Source: Bdellovibrionales bacterium | GTDB lineage: Bacteria > Bdellovibrionota > Bdellovibrionia > Bdellovibrionales > UBA840 | Assembly: GCA_037969075.1 (NCBI GenBank) | Contig: JBBKWS010000044.1 | Coordinates: 1-12,446, forward strand | DNA length: 12,446 bases | Direction of reading: 5' to 3' | In this document: positions 5,829 through 12,446 of the stretch, one piece after another | Position numbering within the stretch: position 1 is the stretch's first letter | Layout: each line of letters starts with the position of its first letter | Program-made: the position numbers and the translations under genes | Notes under the pieces: generated by a model | Seen by the model: only the letters and a program-made list of their open reading frames with translations | The model's database searches: none | Told to the model about the DNA's origin: nothing

Positions 5829-7613
5829 ATGAAGTCAAAACCGTTATTTGTTCAATTGTTTGGATCTTACTTAGTAATTACTGCCGTCTTACTCTTTGTA
5901 TTTATCTTTGTGGCCGGAACCACCTTTAAAAACTTTTATCATGATCGCATCTCTGATGATTTAAGGGCAAGGGCAGAGCTAGTTAAAGATCAATTCTTAT
6001 ATAACCTTAGTATTAAGTACTATTCTAAATTGCAAGAAACAGCAGTGCATCTTGGAACAGAATCCAATACTCGAATTTCTATCATTGCGCCTGACGGAAA
6101 AGTATTGGCCGACTCTATCGATGATCCCCTGAAAATGGGAATAGAAATTGATAGACCAGAAATAGCTGCAGCACTAAAAACAGAGTTAGGTATTCATACT
6201 AGGTATAGTCCTATTAAGGACGAAGACCTTTTATATGTAGCTACAGTTATCAAAGATGCAGAGCAGGTCATTGGTGTTTTGCGCTTGGGCGTGCCAATCA
6301 CCTCGCTTAATCAAACATTATGGGATATTTATGTCCAACTATCTATTGGTGGCGTTGGGTGTGCTATATTGATAGGGCTATTAAGTTGGTTTATATCAAA
6401 AAAGATGAGTAATCCCCTCGAAGAAATAAAAAACACGGCTGAAAAAATTGCATCTGGCGATTTTAGTTCACATTTACAGTTTAAATCCTCTGCTACTTTA
6501 GAAGTGCAAAGACTGGGCTCCTCTATTAACGAAATGGCTGTGCAGCTAGAGAAAAGAATTGATACTATATTAGAGCAAAAATCTGAATTAGATGCCGTAT
6601 TTGCAAGTATGTCAGAGGGTGTATTAACAGTAGACTTAAATGGTAAAATTCAACATCTGAATCAATCTGCTTCTAAAATATTAAAAGTAGATAAGGCGAT
6701 GTCTAGAAAAAGACCTTTTGTAGAAATGATCAGTCAGCCAGAAGTTTTAGCCTACATTCAAGAGGCCTTAACTAAGGATTATATCGAAGAACAAGAAGTG
6801 AAACTCTTTGATACAAAAAAGCACATCCTTCGCTTGCGCGGAAGTCCCTTAAAACGCGGCAATAAGGAGAAGACGGGTGTAGTTATTGTTATTAATGACA
6901 TCACAGAAATTGTCTTAGCAGAAAAGCAGCGAAGAGACTTCGTGACAAATGTATCGCATGAATTACGAACTCCACTTACTTCGATCCAAGGTTTTGCTGA
7001 AACACTTTTAAATCCAGCAGTCAAAGACCCTAATGAAATGCGAAAATTTATTGAAATTATCCATAGGCATGCAACTAGATTAGGTGCGCTGATTGAAGAT
7101 ATTTTGGCACTCTCGCGTCTCGAAAAGGATGCTGAAAGTAACCAAATTGCATTGAGCCTTGGCGATATAAATACATCTGTAGAGAATGCTGTTGATATAT
7201 GCTCTGAAAAAGCGAAGAAGCAAAATATCCAGATTATTGTTCGTTGCCCAGATAAAATAGAAATTAAAATGAATTCGCACTTACTAGAGCAAGCCATCGT
7301 AAATCTTATAGATAATGCGTTGAAATATAGTGAGACCAATACACAAATCGAAGTAGAGGTTACAATTTTGGTCGATGCTGAAATCAGGATTGATGTTATC
7401 GATCATGGTACAGGTATTCAGCAAAAGCATTTAGATAGACTTTTTGAAAGATTTTACCGAATAGATAAAGCACGTACAAGATCTGTGGGCGGTACTGGCC
7501 TAGGTTTAGCCATTGTAAAGCACGTAGCGATGGCGCATGGTGGAAGGGTCGATGTCTGGTCTCAAGTTGGCAAGGGTAGTAAGTTCTCGATCTTTATCCC
7601 TAGGGTGTCATAA
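5829..7613 (+). CDS. phoR: Sensor histidine kinase PhoR (TM, extracytoplasmic domain, TM, HAMP, PAS, HisKA, HATPase)
   Basis: Two TM segments; HAMP (NPLEEIK..IASGDF..INEMA); PAS (MSEGVLTVDLNGKIQHLN); H-box RRDFVTNVSHELRTPLTSIQGFAETL; N-box NLIDNALKYS; G1 DHGTGI; F-box RLFERFYRIDKAR; G2 GGTGLGLAIVKH. Starts 1 bp after the phoB stop. Confidence 0.9.
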   Translation: MKSKPLFVQLFGSYLVITAVLLFVFIFVAGTTFKNFYHDRISDDLRARAELVKDQFLYNLSIKYYSKLQETAVHLGTESNTRISIIAPDGKVLADSIDDPLKMGIEIDRPEIAAALKTELGIHTRYSPIKDEDLLYVATVIKDAEQVIGVLRLGVPITSLNQTLWDIYVQLSIGGVGCAILIGLLSWFISKKMSNPLEEIKNTAEKIASGDFSSHLQFKSSATLEVQRLGSSINEMAVQLEKRIDTILEQKSELDAVFASMSEGVLTVDLNGKIQHLNQSASKILKVDKAMSRKRPFVEMISQPEVLAYIQEALTKDYIEEQEVKLFDTKKHILRLRGSPLKRGNKEKTGVVIVINDITEIVLAEKQRRDFVTNVSHELRTPLTSIQGFAETLLNPAVKDPNEMRKFIEIIHRHATRLGALIEDILALSRLEKDAESNQIALSLGDINTSVENAVDICSEKAKKQNIQIIVRCPDKIEIKMNSHLLEQAIVNLIDNALKYSETNTQIEVEVTILVDAEIRIDVIDHGTGIQQKHLDRLFERFYRIDKARTRSVGGTGLGLAIVKHVAMAHGGRVDVWSQVGKGSKFSIFIPRVS

Positions 7614-7651
7614 AATAGGCAAGTCCTTGATTGTACCGAATTAATTAAAGG

Positions 7652-7707
7652 CTCTAATGTAAATCTAACAATAAGCTCACCCAAGTTAAAAATGGCGTAG
7701 TTACCCT
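7652..7707 (+). promoter_or_regulatory. Putative PHO-box-type repeat array and -10 element of the pstSCAB promoter
   Basis: Cores CTAAT (7654), CTAAC (7665), CTCAC (7676) at an exact 11-bp period, a weak fourth unit (7685-7691), then 10 bp and TACCCT (7702-7707). SD AAGGAG at 7723-7728. Confidence 0.68.
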
Positions 7708-7734
7708 GCACTCAGATATAAAAAGGAGTTTAGC

Positions 7735-8634
7735 ATGTTACAGTTGGTAATTTCTGTATTCTTAATGATGGCAACTGCCGCAGATAAAAAAACAATTCGT
7801 ATTGACGGGTCTAGCACTGTGTTTCCGATTACGGAAGCTATTGCTGAAGAATTTAGTCATGAGCATAAAGATATACATGTTACAGTTGGTGTTTCAGGAA
7901 CAGGCGGTGGGTTTAAAAAATTCACTACTAACGAAACTGATATTAATGATGCCTCAAGAGTAATTGACGTAAAAGAAATCGAAGCAGCTAAGAAAAACGG
8001 GGTTGAATATTTAGAAGTCCCAATAGCTTATGACGGCATTACAATTATTACGAATCCTAAAAATACTTGGGCCAAGGATATTACTACTGCTGAACTAAAA
8101 AAGATCTGGGAACCTAATTCAAAGGTTAAAACTTGGAAAGACGTAAGGGCTAGCTGGCCAGATAAAGAAATAAAATTATTTGGACCGGGCGTTGCCTCTG
8201 GTACTTTTGATTACTTTACAGAAGCGATCAATGGAAAGTCCCATGTTTCTCGTACTGACTTTATAAAAAGTGAAGATGACAATGTATTGGTGAAAGCAGT
8301 CGCTGGAGAAACTAACGCATTAGCATTTTTAGGCTTTGCGTATTACAAAGAAAATAAAAACAAACTAAATGCATTAGCGGTTAACAATGGAAAGGCTACG
8401 GTTACCCCATCAGAAGTGACAATTAATGATGGATCATATGCGCCACTTTCAAGAAAAGTGTATATTTATGTAAGTAAAAAATCGATGCAAAGACCAGAGG
8501 TAGCCACTTTCTTAAATTTCTACATAGCGAATGTACCTCTACTATCTAAAGAGGTGGGGTATGTTCCTCTGCAAGCGACAGAATATCAAAAGCTAGCTTT
8601 GACTTTAAAAAATACTGTCAAAGTGGTTAAATGA
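7735..8634 (+). CDS. pstS: Phosphate ABC transporter substrate-binding protein PstS
   Basis: IDGSSTVFPI, GVSGTGGGFKKF, DINDASR, IAYDGI, SGTFDYFTEAI, SEDDNVLV, YAPLSR. Short N-terminal hydrophobic signal; first gene of the pst operon. Confidence 0.95.
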   Translation: MLQLVISVFLMMATAADKKTIRIDGSSTVFPITEAIAEEFSHEHKDIHVTVGVSGTGGGFKKFTTNETDINDASRVIDVKEIEAAKKNGVEYLEVPIAYDGITIITNPKNTWAKDITTAELKKIWEPNSKVKTWKDVRASWPDKEIKLFGPGVASGTFDYFTEAINGKSHVSRTDFIKSEDDNVLVKAVAGETNALAFLGFAYYKENKNKLNALAVNNGKATVTPSEVTINDGSYAPLSRKVYIYVSKKSMQRPEVATFLNFYIANVPLLSKEVGYVPLQATEYQKLALTLKNTVKVVK

Positions 8635-9521
8635 GAAGATTTTTAAGTAAATATTTCGATCAAGTATTTAAAGGAATCCTCGGCCTCTGCTGGGGATTTA
8701 GCTTTTTATGTAGTTTTTTGATTGTAGCTATTTTATTTAAAGATACCTGGGCTTTTTTTTCGCAAGTTTCAATCTTTGATTTTTTCACGGGCACCGAGTG
8801 GCAACCTCTTTTAGAGCCTAAGCGCTTTGGTGTGTTACCACTATTAGCCGGGACCATGCATATTGTAGTTGGAGCACTACTGATTGCCATGCCAGTCTCA
8901 CTACTTGTTGCCATCTACCTAAGTGAGTTTGCCTCACTTAGGTTTAGGCGTTGGTTGAAACCAATTTTAGAAATTTTAGCAGGCATTCCAACTGTGGTCT
9001 ATGGTTACTTTGCTCTTAACTTTATCACGCCAATTTTACAAAAAATCTTCCCTGAGATGGGAGTTTTTAACTCACTTTCGGCGTCGATCGTTGTCGCTAT
9101 TATGTTAATACCAATGATCTCTTCTTTGACCGACGATGCTCTGCAGGCTCTACCTTCTAGTTTAAGAGAGGGGGCCTATGCGCTTGGTACAACTTCTTTA
9201 GAAGTGATTAAGGGTATTTTATTTCCTTCTATTAGCGGAAGATTTTTTGCTGCTATTGTTTTAGCGGTATCACGTGCGATTGGTGAAACTATGGCAGTGA
9301 CGTTAGCTGCTGGGTCTAGTCCCAATTTAACTTGGAGTCCTTTGGAGAGCATTCAAACACTAACATCTTATATTGTGCAAGTAAGTCTGGGTGATACACC
9401 TGCGGGCGGAATTGAATATTTAAGCTGTATGGCAGTAGCGTTTGTACTCTTTGCTTTAACTCTTACGATGAATACCTTAGGTGCTTATTGGATGCACCGT
9501 AAAGGGGATATGCGCGCATGA
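8631..9521 (+). CDS. pstC: Phosphate ABC transporter permease PstC
   Basis: FFTGTEWQP, FGVLPLLAGT, AIYLSEFA, KPILEILAGIPTVVYGYF, EAA loop LREGAYALG, SRAIGETMAV. ATGA overlap with pstS. Confidence 0.95.
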   Translation: MRRFLSKYFDQVFKGILGLCWGFSFLCSFLIVAILFKDTWAFFSQVSIFDFFTGTEWQPLLEPKRFGVLPLLAGTMHIVVGALLIAMPVSLLVAIYLSEFASLRFRRWLKPILEILAGIPTVVYGYFALNFITPILQKIFPEMGVFNSLSASIVVAIMLIPMISSLTDDALQALPSSLREGAYALGTTSLEVIKGILFPSISGRFFAAIVLAVSRAIGETMAVTLAAGSSPNLTWSPLESIQTLTSYIVQVSLGDTPAGGIEYLSCMAVAFVLFALTLTMNTLGAYWMHRKGDMRA

Positions 9522-10372
9522 CAATTAATTCACGTAAGAAGTTACAGAAGATATTTTATTGGACTTGCAAATCGGCAGTGCTTTTATGTGTGTTGGTATT
9601 AATTGTTTTACTTGTACCAATGATTATTAAGGGCTGGACGTATTTAAATTGGGATTTTTTGACATCATACCCTTCAAGAATACCTTCTCGTGCTGGGGTT
9701 TTATCTGCTGTAATGGGAACCTTTTGGATTATGACTTTAACAACAATATTTGCTGTGCCCATTGGATTACTAACAGCAATCTACCTCAGTGAGTATGCTC
9801 CCAGAAAATCGAAGTTATTTTTAATTTTAAAAATCAATATTGCAAATCTTGCCGGAATGCCTTCCATCGTGTATGGATTGTTAGGTCTTGCGGTATTTGT
9901 AAGATTTTTTGCGCTTGATCGAAGTGTGCTAGCAGGAGCTCTTACTTTAGCCATTCTTATTTTACCAGTAATTATTATTTCGGCAGAAGAAGCCATCAAA
10001 GCCGTGCCAGATAGTTTACGTCAAGGCGGCTATGCGCTGGGAGCAAGAAAGTGGCAGGTTATATTTGGGCAAGTCATGCCGGCTGCCATGCCAGGGATTA
10101 TGACAGGGATTATTCTATCGCTATCACGTGCTATTGGGGAGTCGGCTCCACTGATTTTAGTTGGGGCCTTAAGTTTTGTCGCCTTCACTCCAGATTCTTT
10201 ATCTTCGGCATTTACAGTTTTGCCTGTGCAAATCTTTAACTGGGCATCACGCCCACAAGAAGAGTTTCAGGTAGTCGCGGCGACTGCGATTATTGTTTTG
10301 TTGGTTGTGTTGTTAGGTTTAAATTCAATAGCCATTTATATTAGGAATCATTTTCAGAGGTACAAGCTATGA
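9518..10372 (+). CDS. pstA: Phosphate ABC transporter permease PstA
   Basis: AIYLSEYA, NLAGMPSIVYGLLGL, AVPDSLRQGGYALGARKWQ, PGIMTGIILSLSRAIGESAPL, LPVQIFNW. ATGA overlap with pstC. Confidence 0.95.
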   Translation: MTINSRKKLQKIFYWTCKSAVLLCVLVLIVLLVPMIIKGWTYLNWDFLTSYPSRIPSRAGVLSAVMGTFWIMTLTTIFAVPIGLLTAIYLSEYAPRKSKLFLILKINIANLAGMPSIVYGLLGLAVFVRFFALDRSVLAGALTLAILILPVIIISAEEAIKAVPDSLRQGGYALGARKWQVIFGQVMPAAMPGIMTGIILSLSRAIGESAPLILVGALSFVAFTPDSLSSAFTVLPVQIFNWASRPQEEFQVVAATAIIVLLVVLLGLNSIAIYIRNHFQRYKL

Positions 10373-11121
10373 AAAATTCAATCATTCAATTAGAAGATTG
10401 TTCTATTCAATACGTAGATAAAGTCGCTATTCATAAGGTGAGTGTGAGCTTTATCGAGCACGAGATCACAGCTATCATCGGACCTTCTGGCTGCGGTAAA
10501 TCCAGTTTGCTTAGATCGATAAACAGAATGAATGATTTTGTAGATGGTTTTACACTTAACGGTGAAATAAAATTTAGAGGAAAAAATGTTTATTCTGAAG
10601 ACATTGATCCAATTGATTTACGTCGTAAAGTTGGAATGGTATTTCAAAAGCCCAACCCTTTTCCTAAAACGATCTATAATAACATCACTTGGGGCCCCAA
10701 AATGAATTTCTATCAAGGTGATCTTGATGAACTTGTAGAGACGTCTCTTAGAAAGGCGGCGCTTTGGGACGAAGTAAAAGACAGGATGAGTGACTCAGCC
10801 TTACGATTATCAGGCGGCCAGCAGCAGCGTCTTTGTATTGCCCGTGCCATTGCAATGAATCCAGATGTACTTCTAATGGATGAGCCTTGCTCAGCTCTTG
10901 ATCCCATTGCTACAGAAAAAATTGAACAATTAATTTTGGACTTAAAAGAGCATTACACTATATTGATAGTGACACATAATATGCACCAAGCAGCTAGAAT
11001 TTCAGACACAACTTTGTTTTTCTGTGATGGAAACTTGATTGAGGCTGGGCAAACAAACCAAGTTTTTCAGACGCCTAAATCAAAGAGGACTAAAGATTAC
11101 GTGTCAGGCTTATTTGGTTAA
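10369..11121 (+). CDS. pstB: Phosphate ABC transporter ATP-binding protein PstB
   Basis: Walker A GPSGCGKS, NRMND, GMVFQKPNPFP, LWDEVKDR, signature LSGGQQQRLCIAR, Walker B LLMDEPCSALDP, VTHNMHQAAR, C-terminal DYVSGLFG. ATGA overlap with pstA. Confidence 0.97.
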   Translation: MKNSIIQLEDCSIQYVDKVAIHKVSVSFIEHEITAIIGPSGCGKSSLLRSINRMNDFVDGFTLNGEIKFRGKNVYSEDIDPIDLRRKVGMVFQKPNPFPKTIYNNITWGPKMNFYQGDLDELVETSLRKAALWDEVKDRMSDSALRLSGGQQQRLCIARAIAMNPDVLLMDEPCSALDPIATEKIEQLILDLKEHYTILIVTHNMHQAARISDTTLFFCDGNLIEAGQTNQVFQTPKSKRTKDYVSGLFG

Positions 11122-11124
11122 AAC

Positions 11125-11153
11125 TTGGCATTTTAGTAAAAAACACTTATACT
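11125..11153 (+). promoter_or_regulatory. Sigma70-type promoter of the PspC-domain gene
   Basis: TTGGCA (11125-11130), 17-bp spacer, TATACT (11148-11153). The ATG follows after 6 nt with no SD sequence. Confidence 0.7.
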
Positions 11154-11159
11154 GCCTCT

Positions 11160-11525
11160 ATGGTATGGATTAGATCAAAAGACGGTATATTTTTAGGTGT
11201 TTGTGCGGGCTTAGCTAAATCCTTTGGATTTCATCCGTGGTTATTTCGTTTATTTCTGTTGGCATCTATATTTTTCTTTGGAGTTGGCTTTTTAGTCTAT
11301 TTATTACTTGCGATTGCGCTACCAAGAGAAGACCGTGTGTTTGAATCAAAAGAAGCAAAAATAATGGGCGTTTGTTACCGTCTATCAAGAACGCTAGATA
11401 TGGAAGTGGGCTTGGTTAGGTTCTTATTTTTATTTTTAACACTGAGTTCTCTCGGCATAACTCTGTTTTTCTATCTTTTATTGCACTTTTTGCTTAAACC
11501 AGCTCACGACGACCTTAAGAACTAG
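11160..11525 (+). CDS. Membrane protein with two tandem PspC domains (phage shock protein C-like)
   Basis: Repeat 1 RSKDGIFLGVCAGLAKSFG..LFRLFLL...YLLLAIALP; repeat 2 SKEAKIMGVCYRLSRTLD..LVRFLFL...YLLLHFLL. Both follow the PspC pattern 'R..xxxxGVCxGLA..xxxxR' plus a hydrophobic helix ending in Y-(I/L). Confidence 0.85.
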   Translation: MVWIRSKDGIFLGVCAGLAKSFGFHPWLFRLFLLASIFFFGVGFLVYLLLAIALPREDRVFESKEAKIMGVCYRLSRTLDMEVGLVRFLFLFLTLSSLGITLFFYLLLHFLLKPAHDDLKN

Positions 11526-11594
11526 ACCAGCGTCTGGTAAAGAAAAACCAGCATTCGTTGACCGAATGGATTCAACGATCGCAAAATAGTATAT

Positions 11595-12446
11595 ATGCTT
11601 GATTCTTTTACGCAATTTTGGTTTTCGCATCTCGATAGTATAGTAAATGTATTATTCTTAGTACTTATTTTACTTTTCATGGTTTTGTTTGTGGTTATTT
11701 TTATTAGTAGTAAAAATAAAAAAGACACCGAAATCCATTCAGACGATCTAGAAAAAACTCTACGAAAGGTTTTAGAGTCTGCAGAATTACGATCTGCTCC
11801 TATGCCTATGCCCAGCGGTAGTACGGATGTATCTAGCGAAGCCTCTCAAGAGGTAAGTAACTTAAAAAAATCTATTGAAGATAAAGTGGCTGAAGTTGAA
11901 AATCTTAAAAAGCAAATTGCAGAAAAACAAAATTCAGGCAGTGGTGGTGGTGGCGGCGATGCTTCTGGTTTGCAGTTAAGATTAAAAGAGTTAGAGGCAA
12001 AGCTTGCTGAGTATGAAGTGATTGAAGACGATATTGCCAACTTATCCATGTACAAAGAAGAAAACAAGAGGCTTCGCAGTGAGCTGGATAAGCTGGGCGG
12101 GGACAATGCATCAGATGAAGATACAGTAGACGAGATAGTCAATGCAGTCACTAGTGACGAAGCTGAGGCTGCCGAGTCTGATGAAGAGATTACATCTGAA
12201 AGTGTAGAAGAAGATCCGCCAGTAGAGGAAGAGGTCCCGGTAGAAGCTGAAGCACCAGTAGAAGAAGAGATTGTACCTGCGCCAGAGCCAATCGTTGCTA
12301 AGGTAATAGAGAAGACTGAAGCTCCAAAGGTAGAAACGCCTGCACCGGTTGAAGCCGCCACCGAAGAAGTGGATAGTAACGAAGATGATATATTAGGGGA
12401 GTTTGTTCAAGCGGTAGCCGAGCAAGGAACAAAAGTGAATCCCAAG
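11595..12446 (+). CDS. Hypothetical protein: N-terminal TM helix, coiled coil, acidic Pro/Glu-rich tail; 3'-truncated (at least 284 aa)
   Basis: Hand-translated, absent from the ORF track because there is no stop in the window: MLDSFTQFWFSHLDSIVNVLFLVLILLFMVLFVVIFISSKNKKD...LKELEAKLAEYEVIEDDIANLSMYKEENKRLRSELDKL...SVEEDPPVEEEVPVEAEAPVEEEI... First ATG after the in-frame TGA at 11559; open for 852 nt. Confidence 0.88.
   Translation, partial: MLDSFTQFWFSHLDSIVNVLFLVLILLFMVLFVVIFISSKNKKDTEIHSDDLEKTLRKVLESAELRSAPMPMPSGSTDVSSEASQEVSNLKKSIEDKVAEVENLKKQIAEKQNSGSGGGGGDASGLQLRLKELEAKLAEYEVIEDDIANLSMYKEENKRLRSELDKLGGDNASDEDTVDEIVNAVTSDEAEAAESDEEITSESVEEDPPVEEEVPVEAEAPVEEEIVPAPEPIVAKVIEKTEAPKVETPAPVEAATEEVDSNEDDILGEFVQAVAEQGTKVNPK
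12201..12272 (+). repeat. Degenerate in-frame 18-bp tandem repeat, 4 copies (SVEEDP/PVEEEV/PVEAEA/PVEEEI)
   Basis: AGTGTAGAAGAAGATCCG, CCAGTAGAGGAAGAGGTC, CCGGTAGAAGCTGAAGCA, CCAGTAGAAGAAGAGATT at 12201, 12219, 12237, 12255. Confidence 0.65.

Noticed and set aside
6779..7339. 186-aa and 66-aa minus-strand ORFs
   Set aside because: Antisense to phoR with no domain features.
8631..10372. Three ATGA stop/start overlaps in pstSCAB and small alternate-frame ORFs within the pst genes
   Set aside because: Ordinary translational coupling; the nested ORFs are shadows without independent support.
11125..11142. TTGGCA as a sigma54 -24 element for a psp-like gene
   Set aside because: No GC at the -12 position (AA at 11139-11140); the sigma70 reading with a 17-bp spacer fits far better.
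12201..12272. 18-bp repeats as a CRISPR array or mobile repeat
   Set aside because: In-frame, degenerate, without spacers and without cas genes; simply a low-complexity protein repeat.
11522..12361. Minus-strand ORFs of 68, 171 (Ser-rich) and 68 aa
   Set aside because: Antisense of the real plus-strand gene starting at 11595; the Ser richness mirrors its Glu/Asp codons.

Overview
AT-rich bacterial chromosomal window, almost entirely coding. It starts with a 5'-truncated two-HKD phospholipase D-family gene (+), followed by a convergent sodium:solute symporter (-) directly downstream of a compact TPP riboswitch whose aptamer contains the ribosome-binding site (probable thiamine or thiamine-precursor importer; true start 3560, not 3668). 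On the + strand follow an M17 leucyl aminopeptidase, a phoB-phoR two-component pair, a pstSCAB phosphate ABC operon with no adjacent phoU, a tandem-PspC-domain membrane protein behind a near-consensus sigma70 promoter that predicts a leaderless mRNA, and a 3'-truncated TM/coiled-coil/acidic protein missing from the ORF track. The most notable non-coding signal is a motif shared by the phoB and pstS upstream regions (CTAAT-N6-CTAACAAT, 11-bp period, PHO-box geometry relative to a -10). It differs from the E. coli PHO box and is accompanied by substitutions in the PhoB recognition helix. No mobile elements, CRISPR arrays, tRNA or rRNA genes were seen. The taxon cannot be determined from this window; a Gram-negative, possibly Bdellovibrionota/deltaproteobacteria-like origin is only an impression.
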